Shown in pieces: positions 1-10,453 of a stretch of DNA of 56,020 bases. A program made the translations under genes and the position numbers. Location of the stretch: assembly GCA_048940925.1 (NCBI GenBank), contig JBHLOC010000033.1, forward strand, positions 1 to 56,020. The letters run 5' to 3'. The notes below the pieces were generated by a model. The model was not told the origin of the DNA, did not search any database, and worked only from the letters and a program-made list of their open reading frames with translations. The stretch comes from Promethearchaeota archaeon. GTDB lineage: Archaea; Asgardarchaeota; Lokiarchaeia; Sigyniarchaeales; SOKP01. Within the stretch, counting starts at the first letter, position 1; each line of letters starts with the position of its first letter.

Positions 1-2
1 TC

Positions 3-389
3 TCCTCAGGGTCACCATTTGAAGAACCCATAGGATTCTCAAGGGCATCGAGAATAGGAAATATAATCTCAGTCTCAGGAACTGCGCCAATCGCTCCAGA
101 TGGTACAACTGCGTATGTGAATGATATATATGGTCAAACTAAATATTGTTTAGAAATTATAAATAGAGCGATTAAAGAAGCTGGGGGCTCTTTAGAGGAT
201 GTAATTCGCACAAGAATAATGCTGAAGGATATCTCAAAATGGGAAGATGCTGCCAAAGCCCATGGAGAGTTCTTCTCAAAAATAAAACCAGCATGTACGT
301 TCGTAGAAGTTAAAAGATTTGTTGATCCTGATTGGTTGGTTGAAATAGAAGCAGATTGCGTTATTGAGAATGAAAATCAGAGAATTTGA
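3..389 (+). CDS. RidA/YjgF/YER057c/UK114 family protein (5' end outside window)
   Basis: Frame is open from base 3: SSGSPFEEPIGFSRASRIGNIISVSGTAP...; ends with the family-typical WLVEIEAD. Confidence 0.85.
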   Translation, partial: SSGSPFEEPIGFSRASRIGNIISVSGTAPIAPDGTTAYVNDIYGQTKYCLEIINRAIKEAGGSLEDVIRTRIMLKDISKWEDAAKAHGEFFSKIKPACTFVEVKRFVDPDWLVEIEADCVIENENQRI

Positions 390-580
390 AATTTTAAAAT
401 TGCGATAAATTGAATTATCTTTAAAAATTGACTTAGATTATAAACATAAATTTCAATCTAAAATTCTCCTTTTCATTATAACCATATCTATATGGCACCT
501 TCTATTTTAAAAGGAATACCTATTTCTATTTATCTTCGCATGTAATATCAATAGTTACTTAGCTAATAAACAATTTTTAA

Positions 581-1753
581 GTGATTATTTTGAAAAAAAA
601 ATTGATTTTAACATTTGCAGTAATTATTATTATTGTCGTAGGGATTGGTATCGTTTTTCTTTTAAGTTTTCAGAACAAATCCTCGAAAAGCTATGCCTAT
701 AAAATTCAAAATGCTTTCCCTAATTTAACTTTTAATAAGCCCGTTGGAATATATGATTCAGGAGATGGATCAAATAGACTATTTGTAGTTGAACAAGAGG
801 GCAAGATTATAGTATTTGAGAATTATGAACATACAAGTGAATCTCAAGTTTTTCTTGACTTACGAGATCGAATTTTATATGGAGGAGAAAGAGGTTTACT
901 TGGATTAACATTCCATCCTAATTATACCATGAATGGATATTTTTATGTGTATTATTCTGAAGCTGAAAAAGGAGACACTATACTTTCACGCTTTAAAGTA
1001 GATTCTGCAGATCCTAATATTGCAAACAAATCTAGTGAAACTATATTATTAAAAATATCACAACCATTTTCAAATCATAATGGTGGACAAATAGGCTTTG
1101 GTCCAGATGGATATTTATATATAGCTTTAGGAGATGGTGGATCGAGTGGTGATCCTTATGGTAATGGACAAAATCGAGGCACATTATTAGGATCCATACT
1201 TAGGATTGATGTAGATTCGTCTTTTCCGTATACCATCCCTAACGATAATCCATTCTACAATAATTCAGAAGGATGGGCAGAAGAAATTTTCGCTTTTGGA
1301 TTTCGAAATCCTTGGCGTTTTAGTTTTGACGTAAATACAGGAGAGTTTTGGGTTGCAGATGTGGGTCAATCAGCATGGGAAGAAATCGATATAGTAGAAA
1401 ATGGTAAAAATTATGGTTGGAACGCCAAGGAAGGGAATCACGATTTTAATCCAGGAACTAATGTATCTCAGATGATAGACCCTCTCTATGATTATAGTCA
1501 TAGTCTTGGACAATCAATTACAGGGGGATGTGTCTATAGAGGCTCAATTCTAACAGATTTAATTGGAAAATATATATATGCTGATTTTATCTCTGGGAGA
1601 ATCTGGGCATTGGAATATTCTGAAGGAGTCGTAGTAAACAATACAGAACTTATCAATACTGATTTACAAATCCCATCTTTTGGTATTGATGCAAATAATG
1701 AGTTGTATATCTGCGCGTTTGACGGAAATATATATAAACTCATTCAGATTTAA
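581..1753 (+). CDS. Membrane-anchored PQQ-dependent glucose/sorbosone dehydrogenase family beta-propeller
   Basis: N-terminal TM helix; GERGLLGLTFHP, NHNGGQIGFGPDGYLY, GFRNPWRFSFD and DVGQ motifs. Confidence 0.85.
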   Translation: MIILKKKLILTFAVIIIIVVGIGIVFLLSFQNKSSKSYAYKIQNAFPNLTFNKPVGIYDSGDGSNRLFVVEQEGKIIVFENYEHTSESQVFLDLRDRILYGGERGLLGLTFHPNYTMNGYFYVYYSEAEKGDTILSRFKVDSADPNIANKSSETILLKISQPFSNHNGGQIGFGPDGYLYIALGDGGSSGDPYGNGQNRGTLLGSILRIDVDSSFPYTIPNDNPFYNNSEGWAEEIFAFGFRNPWRFSFDVNTGEFWVADVGQSAWEEIDIVENGKNYGWNAKEGNHDFNPGTNVSQMIDPLYDYSHSLGQSITGGCVYRGSILTDLIGKYIYADFISGRIWALEYSEGVVVNNTELINTDLQIPSFGIDANNELYICAFDGNIYKLIQI

Positions 1754-2220
1754 CCCATTTTTTTTGATCTTTTTTTCCATAATCATCAATATAAAAATTC
1801 TCGAGGTCTATTTTAAATGCCAAGAATTTAAGTTTCTACAAATGGCTTTATGATATTACACTACGATCTAAATCTCTCAAGAAAAAAGATAGAAATAGAA
1901 CTTAATACCAAAAATCTTATTCATCTCTACAAGATGGACATTGGGATTTATTTTATATTCATGAAGAATTAATTAATTTTCAAAAGAAGGGAGAAGTTGT
2001 TAACCTTGGACTTCCAACCTGGGATCATTACCTTCCTATGATCTATACAATTACTCTACAAGAAAAAGAGGAATAAATTGAATTCATGCATGAGGGATAT
2101 TAACATGGTTCAGTTTCGATGAGATGCTTCCCAATCCAAAAAAGTTAATAATCTATCTAATTTTAACTTAAAATTAAGTAATATTTTTAATATTACTACA
2201 TACTATGAATTAGCAAAAAA

Positions 2221-2967
2221 ATGAAAATTATATTTTTAGGAACTAATGGCTGGTATGCTACAGATTTAGGAAATACTACTTCTACATTAATTTGTTCTGA
2301 TGAATTTAACATTGTATTAGATGCAGGTGATGGAATTTATAAGATTGATCAATATATTGATAATGAAAAACCAATTATTCTACTACTTAGTCATCTTCAT
2401 CTTGATCATGTAATAGGGCTTCATACATTTGGTAAATTCCCTTTTAATCAAAAATTTAATATATACGGTTATAAAGGGACAAAAACTCGCATTGATCTGA
2501 TTATAAACCATCCTTATTCCTCTCCATTCACAGAATTACCCTTAGAAGTTCAGACTCATGATTTAGATGAGGGAAGACATAATATTGGATTCCCAATTAC
2601 TTGTAGACTTCTTGTCCATGCAGATCCTTGTCTAGGATACAGAATTAAAATAAAAAATAAAATTATTACATATTGCACTGACACAGGGTTATGTCAAAAT
2701 TTATATTATCTTGCTAAAGATGCTGATTTGTTTATTACAGAATGTTCATATAAACCTGGTCAAGAAGAGTGGGGTTGGCCACATCTCAAACCTGAAGAAG
2801 CAGCTGATGTAGCACTAAAATCAAAAGTAAAACGCTTAATTCTAACTCATTTTGATGCAAGTTATTATAAAACTATTGAGGAAAGGAAAAAAGCAGAAAA
2901 AAAAGCAAAAATGCTATTTCCCGAAACAACTGCAGCCTATGATGGGTTAAAACTGATAATAGATTAA
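2221..2967 (+). CDS. MBL-fold metallohydrolase, RNase Z/BN-like
   Basis: IFLGT, LDAG, SHLHLDH (HxHxDH), YCTDT, H and LILTH motifs. Confidence 0.85.
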   Translation: MKIIFLGTNGWYATDLGNTTSTLICSDEFNIVLDAGDGIYKIDQYIDNEKPIILLLSHLHLDHVIGLHTFGKFPFNQKFNIYGYKGTKTRIDLIINHPYSSPFTELPLEVQTHDLDEGRHNIGFPITCRLLVHADPCLGYRIKIKNKIITYCTDTGLCQNLYYLAKDADLFITECSYKPGQEEWGWPHLKPEEAADVALKSKVKRLILTHFDASYYKTIEERKKAEKKAKMLFPETTAAYDGLKLIID

Positions 2968-3355
2968 CTATAATATCAAAGAAATTAATATTAAACCTAA
3001 TTAAAAAGTTAGAATACCTAATTAATACTCTATGATATTTTCTTTTATTAACAGAAATAATTTTCATGTATTAGTTTTACATAATTCAATTGTTTTCCCT
3101 ACTAAAGCATTATTATTTAAATATTTCAAGAATTCTTGAGTAGGCTCCCAAAATACTATTTTAATGTATTTTAAAATTTCTTCTTAAATAATACTTATTG
3201 ATGACTTTTTAACAGTTTTTTTAGATTTCTTCAAAATTTAAACCCCCTTTAGATATTATGTAACAAATAATTATCGTAAGATAGATTGTTATTTGCGTGT
3301 TTGACAGAAATATAAATTAGTAATTGTTTCAAAACTTTTTTCTAATTTAAATTTC

Positions 3356-4495
3356 TTAATTCAATAAATTTAGATCTTTTAATTTGGATTTAATCTTTTT
3401 AGATAACCATCTTGGAATAAGTTTGGAATTTTTAAACCATTTTGACAAATTCTTTTGAAATAGTGGATTTTCAAAGATCGTATTCAATTCTTCTTGAGTT
3501 AAATATTCCAAATAATTTTGGTTTATCAAGTATAAAACCACTGAAGGATAACCACTTTCAAGTCTCTGTGCAATCTCTTCTTTAAATACTTTTTTTGCCA
3601 TAAGATCCCCAGCTTTTATAAGAGCTTCCAACAATGGAAATGCTAAGTTTCTGTGTAATAAACGTGTATCGTAATTATGTTCATACCAAGCTTGAATATT
3701 TGAACAATGTCCCCAAAATTCAGTTTTAGGAGAGATATAATGCTTTTGGAATCCGATTCCATGCGTTGAATCACCGAGCTTTTCTGCTGCTTCATCAATA
3801 GATTCAATCTCATCATACTTTTTAAATTTATTAGGGTTGATATTTAATAATAAATACTTGCAATGATTGAATAATCTCCCTCCAACATATATATTAGTCC
3901 TATTATTTACCAATTTGAGAACTAAGTAATCATTTACCCTGAATTCTGGCCATTCTTTTATGTAGGGCCTTCTTTTTAATTCTAAATGTGGAGGTACTAC
4001 TATTACATCCTGAGAAATACCTTCAAGTAATGTTTCGGCCAAGTTCTCAAAAATTTTTTCAGCTTTTTGTATACTTTTTGATTTATCTATTTGTATTCCT
4101 TGACTTTTAGAAATTTCTTTATCATCTTCTACACATTTAGTTCCGATTATTATTATTGGAATGTCTCCAGCTTCTCGTCTTATTATCTGAACATTTTCAA
4201 GAATATGTGCTAAAGAATTTGCATCATTAATATCATATACTATTATGCCACCATTTGCACCTTTACAATACGTTGGAACCAAAAATCTAAATCTTTCCTC
4301 AGCCCCCATGTCCCATATTTGAAATTTAATATTTTTTCCAAGCATGGTTAGACTTTTAATTAAAAAATCTACGCCAATAATCATTTTTGTATCAGAACCA
4401 AAGAGATTATAGCAAAAATTCCTTGCAAAATATGATCTCCCTTCAGACTCATCACCAATAAGTACTATTTTAAAGGTATAATCATAAATCGCCAT
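3356..4495 (-). CDS. Rab-like small GTPase (degenerate P-loop) fused to C-terminal GHCSN domain
   Basis: FKIVLIGDESEGRS, IGVDF, FQIWDMGAEERF; C-terminal half carries SIDE...EFWGHCSNIQAW...FPLL. Confidence 0.85.
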   Translation of the reverse strand: MAIYDYTFKIVLIGDESEGRSYFARNFCYNLFGSDTKMIIGVDFLIKSLTMLGKNIKFQIWDMGAEERFRFLVPTYCKGANGGIIVYDINDANSLAHILENVQIIRREAGDIPIIIIGTKCVEDDKEISKSQGIQIDKSKSIQKAEKIFENLAETLLEGISQDVIVVPPHLELKRRPYIKEWPEFRVNDYLVLKLVNNRTNIYVGGRLFNHCKYLLLNINPNKFKKYDEIESIDEAAEKLGDSTHGIGFQKHYISPKTEFWGHCSNIQAWYEHNYDTRLLHRNLAFPLLEALIKAGDLMAKKVFKEEIAQRLESGYPSVVLYLINQNYLEYLTQEELNTIFENPLFQKNLSKWFKNSKLIPRWLSKKIKSKLKDLNLLN

Positions 4496-4634
4496 TTGAT
4501 AAAAAAGACCTACTTTTTAGAAGTTATATATCTTTAATTTCTTATTAAACTTACATTCCTTTTTACAAAAAAATAATTAATTAATCTAAATCTTAATACC
4601 CAACATACTACAAAGCAATACATGCTTATAAACC

Positions 4635-4648
4635 TCACAGTTCTGCCG
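4635..4648 (-). promoter_or_regulatory. Degenerate TGACA-N4-TGTNA box next to TATA of the Rab-GHCSN gene
   Basis: Minus strand reads CGGCAGAACTGTGA-GG-TTTATAAG; the surrounding region resembles the upstream regions at 36926-37090 and 42073-42240. Confidence 0.4.
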
Positions 4649-4758
4649 CTATTTCGCACGAAATAAATGAATTTAAAACATATAGTAAATTTAAACTTAC
4701 AATTAGTTTTTTAACAAAAAAGCTATATAAAAGCAAAATTAAGATATTTTAAGTTAAA

Positions 4759-5373
4759 TTATCTTTTCCTTAATTTTGGGAATAAAGCACCTGTATTCTT
4801 TTGATACTCCTTATATTTTTCACCGAATCGTCTAATAAGATCTTTTTCCTCATAGTAAATCATAATAGGGGTATAAATAATAATAAATAATGCAGAAATC
4901 AGAACTAAGAACCATGAATTGAGTGCGAAACTTAACGCAACAAATGTAGGAAATTCTCCAAGTGTTTGAGGGTGTCGAATATATTTATAGATTCCTCCAT
5001 ACATTTCCGTCTCTTTTGATGGACTAAGTGTTTCAGAACCAGCAGCTTTGATACCTAATAACATAAGAATTACACAGGGAATAGCAATACAGATTGCAAT
5101 AATAATTCCTATCCAAATATTGGTACTTATGATCCATGTTTCAAATAGAGGTATTGGGAACCAAATCCAAAGAATTAAACTAATTATAGAGATCAATTCA
5201 AATAAACCGCCAATTCCCCTTAATCTCTTGCATGTATCCCACGCCTTTTCACCATGCTTTTCTGACATTTTAACAGGTTGAATGCTCAGGAGGTATAAAA
5301 ATCCCATCAACAAGATTGAAATAATTAAAATACAAAAATTTATTATCACAACAATCATATTAACACTTCTCAC
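4759..5373 (-). CDS. Isoprenylcysteine carboxyl methyltransferase/PEMT family membrane methyltransferase
   Basis: Multiple TMs; GIYKYIRHPQTLG and EEKDL..RFG..Y..Y...T..LFP motifs. Confidence 0.8.
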   Translation of the reverse strand: MRSVNMIVVIINFCILIISILLMGFLYLLSIQPVKMSEKHGEKAWDTCKRLRGIGGLFELISIISLILWIWFPIPLFETWIISTNIWIGIIIAICIAIPCVILMLLGIKAAGSETLSPSKETEMYGGIYKYIRHPQTLGEFPTFVALSFALNSWFLVLISALFIIIYTPIMIYYEEKDLIRRFGEKYKEYQKNTGALFPKLRKR

Positions 5374-5446
5374 TCAAAAGATTGAATCAAAAATAGCTTA
5401 CCCATTTATATGAACAATGGTTTTAATAATTTTACTTGAAAATCAC

Positions 5447-6001
5447 TTAAATGGGTCTATTACTTTTTTGAAAATAATAACGTTCAAATAATAAAAAGAT
5501 AAACGCATATAAGCCATATATAGCAAATGCAGTAATAAACCATATCGGAAATCCAAAAATATTAACGACCGGAGGATTTCGATAATAGTAAAGTCCTAAA
5601 GCTGCTGCTGTTGGATCAACAAGGAGTTGAAACAGAACACCATATAACGTCACTACAAGGGAAATAACTACAACATCTTTAATAGATAAATCAGTTCCTT
5701 TTGGTTTTCTAAGAGAGAATCGCGCTAATTCAAAAATGACAATAAATATGGTAAATATTGAAACTGGATCTGAAAACCCAAATTCAGTTTCCCCTATTTT
5801 CAGTTTAGCAAATGGTGCGAATTCCAAATCTGCCGCAGAGTAAAGACCTGTGAAAATTAATGCGAACACTAAAGATGAAAGGCATATATTAGTGAGGATT
5901 GTCCCTTTTATACCATACGTTTTAATACAATAATAATAAACCGCTATTAGAAGGTAAATATGAATTACAAGGCTAATATAATGATATATAATCCCAACCA
6001 T
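5447..6001 (-). CDS. Polytopic membrane protein, possibly CruF/DUF422 (carotenoid biosynthesis) like
   Basis: About 5 TMs; DPTA..LG.YYY...GFPIW resembles the DP.a...G.W.W...GvP motif of this family. Confidence 0.45.
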   Translation of the reverse strand: MVGIIYHYISLVIHIYLLIAVYYYCIKTYGIKGTILTNICLSSLVFALIFTGLYSAADLEFAPFAKLKIGETEFGFSDPVSIFTIFIVIFELARFSLRKPKGTDLSIKDVVVISLVVTLYGVLFQLLVDPTAAALGLYYYRNPPVVNIFGFPIWFITAFAIYGLYAFIFLLFERYYFQKSNRPI

Positions 6002-6007
6002 ATTATA

Positions 6008-6166
6008 TCAAAACCTCTTCCTTTGAATTAGCGTTATAATTAGGGGGATTAGAGCTAATGGCCCTGAAATCAATAATACATCAAACCTATCCACTACCAA
6101 AAGAAAAATAAAATCTACAATAAGGATGACAGCATATCCGATTATTAAAAGATCAATTCTTTTCAT
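6008..6166 (-). CDS. Small 52-aa two-TM membrane protein (below ORF-track cutoff)
   Basis: ATG 6166 to TGA 6008: MKRIDLLIIGYAVILIVDFIFLLVVDRFDVLLISGPLALIPLIITLIQRKRF; in frame with, and 6 nt before, the next ATG. Confidence 0.55.
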   Translation of the reverse strand: MKRIDLLIIGYAVILIVDFIFLLVVDRFDVLLISGPLALIPLIITLIQRKRF

Positions 6167-6306
6167 AATTATAACAAATTTTAACTAATTCATATTTTAT
6201 TATAGTTTTTTCCACAAAATTGATTTATGTGATTTTTAAAGACCAATTTTTATTTTATAGTGAATAAAACTTTAAATAACAACTCATAATAATTATAAAT
6301 TGTATA

Positions 6307-8580
6307 GTGATTATGCGAAAATCAAATATGAATAAAAATATTGTTATAACCATAGTGGGTTTATCAATTTTCTTTTTAGTTATGTCTAATCAGAACACAA
6401 TTTCATTTGCTCAGAAGATTGATAATCCTTTACAAATTCCTTTAAATTTCAAAACTTTTGAATTCTCTGAGAAAAAAGATGCATTAAATAATATAAGTTC
6501 TATAGATATAGAATTACCCTCATCAACTTGGGATATCACATATATTGAAATGAATTTTACAGATATTGAATATGATAAAAGAGAGATAAAAATAATTGAA
6601 GGTAACCCTCTTAATGATGACTTATTTTTAAGTAAAAATAATATAGAAGAACTTGCCGTTCAAATTAAGCTCAACGATACTATAAAGATTTTTGGAATAT
6701 ACCTTGATATAAAAACAATTCTACCTCACACATTGGATGAGATATATCTCCAAATAAGAGGTTATAATACATCAATCAATGCCCCAAATAGTACAATCTA
6801 CGGAAGTGTAGATTTAAATCATACAATAGTAGATGGATGGAATTATCAGAATTTTACAACACCTATCACACTCCCTAAAGGTAATTATTCTTGTGTAATT
6901 GGGGGTTTTATTCAGGCAGCAGGAGAATATCATTGGTATTATAATGACTTAAATCCAAATTATCCAGATTTATATCGATCAGAAAATGATGGTACTGGTT
7001 GGATAAATGGTATTCAAGGATCGCCATTTTTATATAAATTAGATCAAGAGGTCAAGTACAATGATGTTTACCCCGAAGAATTTAATATGACCGCTGAAAT
7101 AAACGGAAACTCTTATAAAATCCTAAATAGTACACATATAGGTTCAGGTATTCTTAAGTTATCCGATATAGATATATCTCCTAATGATGAAATTTTATAT
7201 ATTGCTATTAAGCCTAATAAATTCTTCTTCACCACAAATTATCATCTTAAAATGAACAATCAATTCCTTTCTAATGCTTTTATTTATGTATCAGAAAAAG
7301 AAGATAATATCTGGAAAATTATTCCTGAAATTAATAGATGTAATTATAATTATTCTATTAAAATTGAATTGCCAAATAATTGGTATAATTTAGTCGTAAC
7401 TAAGGATCATATAGATATTACCACATCCGAAGATATCTTGATTGATGGAAATTTTTTAAGTATATTAAATAATTCTATTAATGCTGTTGCCTACTGGGAA
7501 ATTTCAGCCCAATCGCCAAAAATTGACTTTAGCTTAGATCTTAGTAGAGGGACTAAATTTAAAGTAGGTGAAGAATTAATATTTTCGACTATCGCTCCAA
7601 TTAGAGAAGGAAATTTCACTTTCATACTCTATAACAAACTTGGAGCAGAAATAGATAAAAGAATAATACCTGTAACTTCAGATGAAACTATATATTCTTT
7701 CAAGATCGCATCAAACGCCTCTCTTGGCACTTGGACGGCCAATATTTATTGGAATAGCCACAATGATGCCGGTGTTAAATCTCAAGATTTCACAATAAGT
7801 CCCACTCCTTTAGACAGTAATCTTATTCTAATAATCATAATAGGTGCATTGGTAGGGGGTGGGAGTGTAACAAGTTTAACTGTTTATCAAACAATTAAAA
7901 GAAAAAAGAGAAATATTGACTTAAAACTTAAAAGTATATCAAACAAATTTAAAGATATCCTCAGTCTAAATTATTTGATGATCTCAGATATCAAATCGGG
8001 AGTAAATGTATATGAACAATTCTTTATGGGAAAATTTATGGATCCGAGCTTAATCTCAGGCTTTCTAGATGCTATAAGAAACTTTGGAATTGAATTAACT
8101 GGTTCATATAAGAAATCAGAAACATTAAGTCTAGATTACGAAGATTCAATAATTTTAATGAATGAATCAGAAGATTTTAGGATAATTATTGTAATGTCGG
8201 AAAAACCTTCAGAAGAATTCACAAGTTTAATAACGAATTTAGCAAAAGACATTGAGGAAAAATATGGAGATCTACTTCGAAAGTTTAAAGGAGGACAAGT
8301 TACACAATTTGCTGGTTTGAGCGAATTAATTGAAAGGCATCTGAATGTTTCATTTGCTTCTCCTTTAGAGATTGTTTTCCAAAAGAAAGCTAAACTTAAT
8401 ACTGCTGAAAAATCAATTATAGAAAAGGCAAATGTAATTATGAACCAAACCAATTTAAATTATTTTTACACTTCACTATTAATGCCTGATCAAAAGTTTG
8501 ATCCAGATATGACAAAAGTAATATTCGGTTTAATTAATAAAAAAGTATTTCAACCAATTAGTTTAAATTTTGAAGAATAA
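6307..8580 (+). CDS. Single-pass receptor-like protein: signal/TM, large beta-rich ectodomain, TM, cytoplasmic longin-like domain
   Basis: Many NxS/T sequons; TM near aa 507-527; cytoplasmic LMISDIKSGVNVYEQ...DPSLISGFLDAIRNFGIEL longin-type pattern. Confidence 0.7.
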   Translation: MIMRKSNMNKNIVITIVGLSIFFLVMSNQNTISFAQKIDNPLQIPLNFKTFEFSEKKDALNNISSIDIELPSSTWDITYIEMNFTDIEYDKREIKIIEGNPLNDDLFLSKNNIEELAVQIKLNDTIKIFGIYLDIKTILPHTLDEIYLQIRGYNTSINAPNSTIYGSVDLNHTIVDGWNYQNFTTPITLPKGNYSCVIGGFIQAAGEYHWYYNDLNPNYPDLYRSENDGTGWINGIQGSPFLYKLDQEVKYNDVYPEEFNMTAEINGNSYKILNSTHIGSGILKLSDIDISPNDEILYIAIKPNKFFFTTNYHLKMNNQFLSNAFIYVSEKEDNIWKIIPEINRCNYNYSIKIELPNNWYNLVVTKDHIDITTSEDILIDGNFLSILNNSINAVAYWEISAQSPKIDFSLDLSRGTKFKVGEELIFSTIAPIREGNFTFILYNKLGAEIDKRIIPVTSDETIYSFKIASNASLGTWTANIYWNSHNDAGVKSQDFTISPTPLDSNLILIIIIGALVGGGSVTSLTVYQTIKRKKRNIDLKLKSISNKFKDILSLNYLMISDIKSGVNVYEQFFMGKFMDPSLISGFLDAIRNFGIELTGSYKKSETLSLDYEDSIILMNESEDFRIIIVMSEKPSEEFTSLITNLAKDIEEKYGDLLRKFKGGQVTQFAGLSELIERHLNVSFASPLEIVFQKKAKLNTAEKSIIEKANVIMNQTNLNYFYTSLLMPDQKFDPDMTKVIFGLINKKVFQPISLNFEE

Positions 8581-8627
8581 ATTATAAAATTAAATGAAAA
8601 AATATCAACTAATTTAAAGTTTAGAAA

Positions 8628-9086
8628 ATGGACGATATAATTTGGATTCACATCATTGATAGCTCCGGTGCAAATGTTTTTAGTTATGAAAATTATATCA
8701 AAGGCACTTCTGAAGTTAACCTTGCTTTATTATCTCATTTTATCTATGCGTTACAAGCAGTTGCTAAAAATATGGAAGCAGATGAAGTTAAAGAAGTTGA
8801 TATAGATAAAAATAAATTCTTTTTAATTAAGGAAAAACTAACTAATTTCCTCTTTATTATAAAAACTAAACCAAAAGCAAAATCTGATGCAATAACTATA
8901 ATAATAAAAAAAATTAAAGAAAAATTTGTTGAGAAATTTACGGGTCATTTCACATTGCCAGTTCAAGAAAAATTAGAACTTTTAAAAGCTTTTAAAGAAG
9001 ATGTAAAGAGAATAATTGAAGGGAAAAATCAGCGAATAGATTTAATAGATTCCCTCTCAAAGAGTAAAAGAATTACTCGAATTTAA
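8628..9086 (+). CDS. Stand-alone longin-like domain protein
   Basis: IWIHIIDSSGANVFSY...LLSHFIYALQAVA beta-beta-alpha-beta-beta-beta-alpha pattern; 47 nt after the receptor gene. Confidence 0.65.
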   Translation: MDDIIWIHIIDSSGANVFSYENYIKGTSEVNLALLSHFIYALQAVAKNMEADEVKEVDIDKNKFFLIKEKLTNFLFIIKTKPKAKSDAITIIIKKIKEKFVEKFTGHFTLPVQEKLELLKAFKEDVKRIIEGKNQRIDLIDSLSKSKRITRI

Positions 9087-9334
9087 AGAATAAGATAAAT
9101 TAGATTCTAAGAAGTGTGTACCTATTTTTTGTGTAGCTAACTTCTCTGAAGTAAACATTTTAGAATTTGGATTCTCCTATACCCAGACTATTAGATTCGG
9201 AGCTCCAATGTGGGAACATAGATACATTAAAAATTATAAGACTCCTAGAGGATGGTTCCCAGATGGCCTACCAGAATATAAAAAAACAGCTCTACTATAA
9301 ACTATTAAATACAATCTGCCGATTTTTAAGGTTT

Positions 9335-10030
9335 TTATTTGGAGTACTTATTAATAGCTTCTCGAATTTCCTCTGCAGCAATGGAAGGGTTTTTTGCACG
9401 AGTAATTCCTCCTCCTACAATAATAATATCCACGGGATGCTCCAATATTTTAGGAATATCTGTGACTCTTATCCCTCCTGCAATTGCTAATCGTGGAATT
9501 CCATGTAACCTTGCCACTGCTTCTAACTCAAACAAGGGAGCTCGACGTGACGCTCGGTGATCTAAACCACTATGGACGAGTGCATAATGTATTTTTGTGT
9601 CTTCATACTTGAGATCCATGAGACCTGCCAATGTGGTAACCGGTGATCGAGAAACGATCAAATCTGCCATTATTTCTACGTGAAAATCATGTGCGGCGCG
9701 TAAAGCCTCCTTAATCGTAACATCATAAGCATCCGCCAGCACTGTTATAATACTGGCTCCTGCTTGAGCAGTTAATTTTACTTCAATGTATCCTGTGTCT
9801 GTAGTTTTTAAATCTGCACACACCAGTTTGTCTGGATGCGCATCCTTTAAAGTTCGAATAGCGTGCACTCCTTCGGATATTATTAAGAGTGTTCCAACCT
9901 CAAAAATATCTACAAATGGAGCTACCTCCTTTGCAATTGCTAAAGCATCATCTAATATTTCAAAATCTAAAGCCACTTGTAAACGAGGCTTGTTTTGCTC
10001 CTTTTTATATGTTTGTGACAAAGTAATCAC
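9335..10030 (-). CDS. hxlA: 3-hexulose-6-phosphate synthase (OMP decarboxylase/HUMPS family)
   Basis: LQVALD, EVGT, ADLKTTD, HSGLD, IAGGI and IVGGGIT motifs. Confidence 0.8.
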   Translation of the reverse strand: MITLSQTYKKEQNKPRLQVALDFEILDDALAIAKEVAPFVDIFEVGTLLIISEGVHAIRTLKDAHPDKLVCADLKTTDTGYIEVKLTAQAGASIITVLADAYDVTIKEALRAAHDFHVEIMADLIVSRSPVTTLAGLMDLKYEDTKIHYALVHSGLDHRASRRAPLFELEAVARLHGIPRLAIAGGIRVTDIPKILEHPVDIIIVGGGITRAKNPSIAAEEIREAINKYSK

Positions 10031-10453
10031 TCCTTTTAATCATTATTTTCTATGCTTTTATAATACAAACATAGTTGTTTAAATATATAGTAAATAATTT
10101 TTATATAAACTATATCTTTTGTTTTTATTTGATATTATTATTGGAAAGATCAGTTATTTTGAACACTGTATTTTATTAAATAGTATTGGTTTTTTCATAG
10201 TATTAACATGAAATTAACTGAAGTTATCCAAGTTGAATATTCATTAAAATTATCGAAACTATGTCATTTAGCTAAGCATTTGTATAATTTACTCGTTTTA
10301 ACGGTCTAAAGCAATCTGAAGATAATCTTTAAGTATAAAAAATAGCCTCTTGAAATCTTATATTATTCATAAATTAACTATCTTATTTTTACAAACTTAA
10401 AAGAATAATAAAACCGTAAATAACAACTTTCTAGAATTTATTAATTAAGAGAT

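Noticed and set aside
1816-2076. Interrupted reading frame (…WDLFYIHEELINFQKKGEVVNLGLPTWDHYLP…) in the intergenic gap
   Set aside because: It looks like a gene relic, but it has an internal stop, no start and no recognisable family, so it cannot be supported.
6002-6010. Readthrough fusion of the 52-aa ORF with 5447-6001
   Set aside because: The downstream gene has its own ATG with a GAGG-type RBS overlapping the upstream ORF end; ordinary translational coupling is enough.
9167-10082. Plus-strand ORFs overlapping hxlA, and similar antisense ORFs elsewhere (e.g. 21419-21895, 30033-30497, 31560-32042, 22820-23185)
   Set aside because: They are shadow frames opposite well-supported genes, with no motifs of their own.
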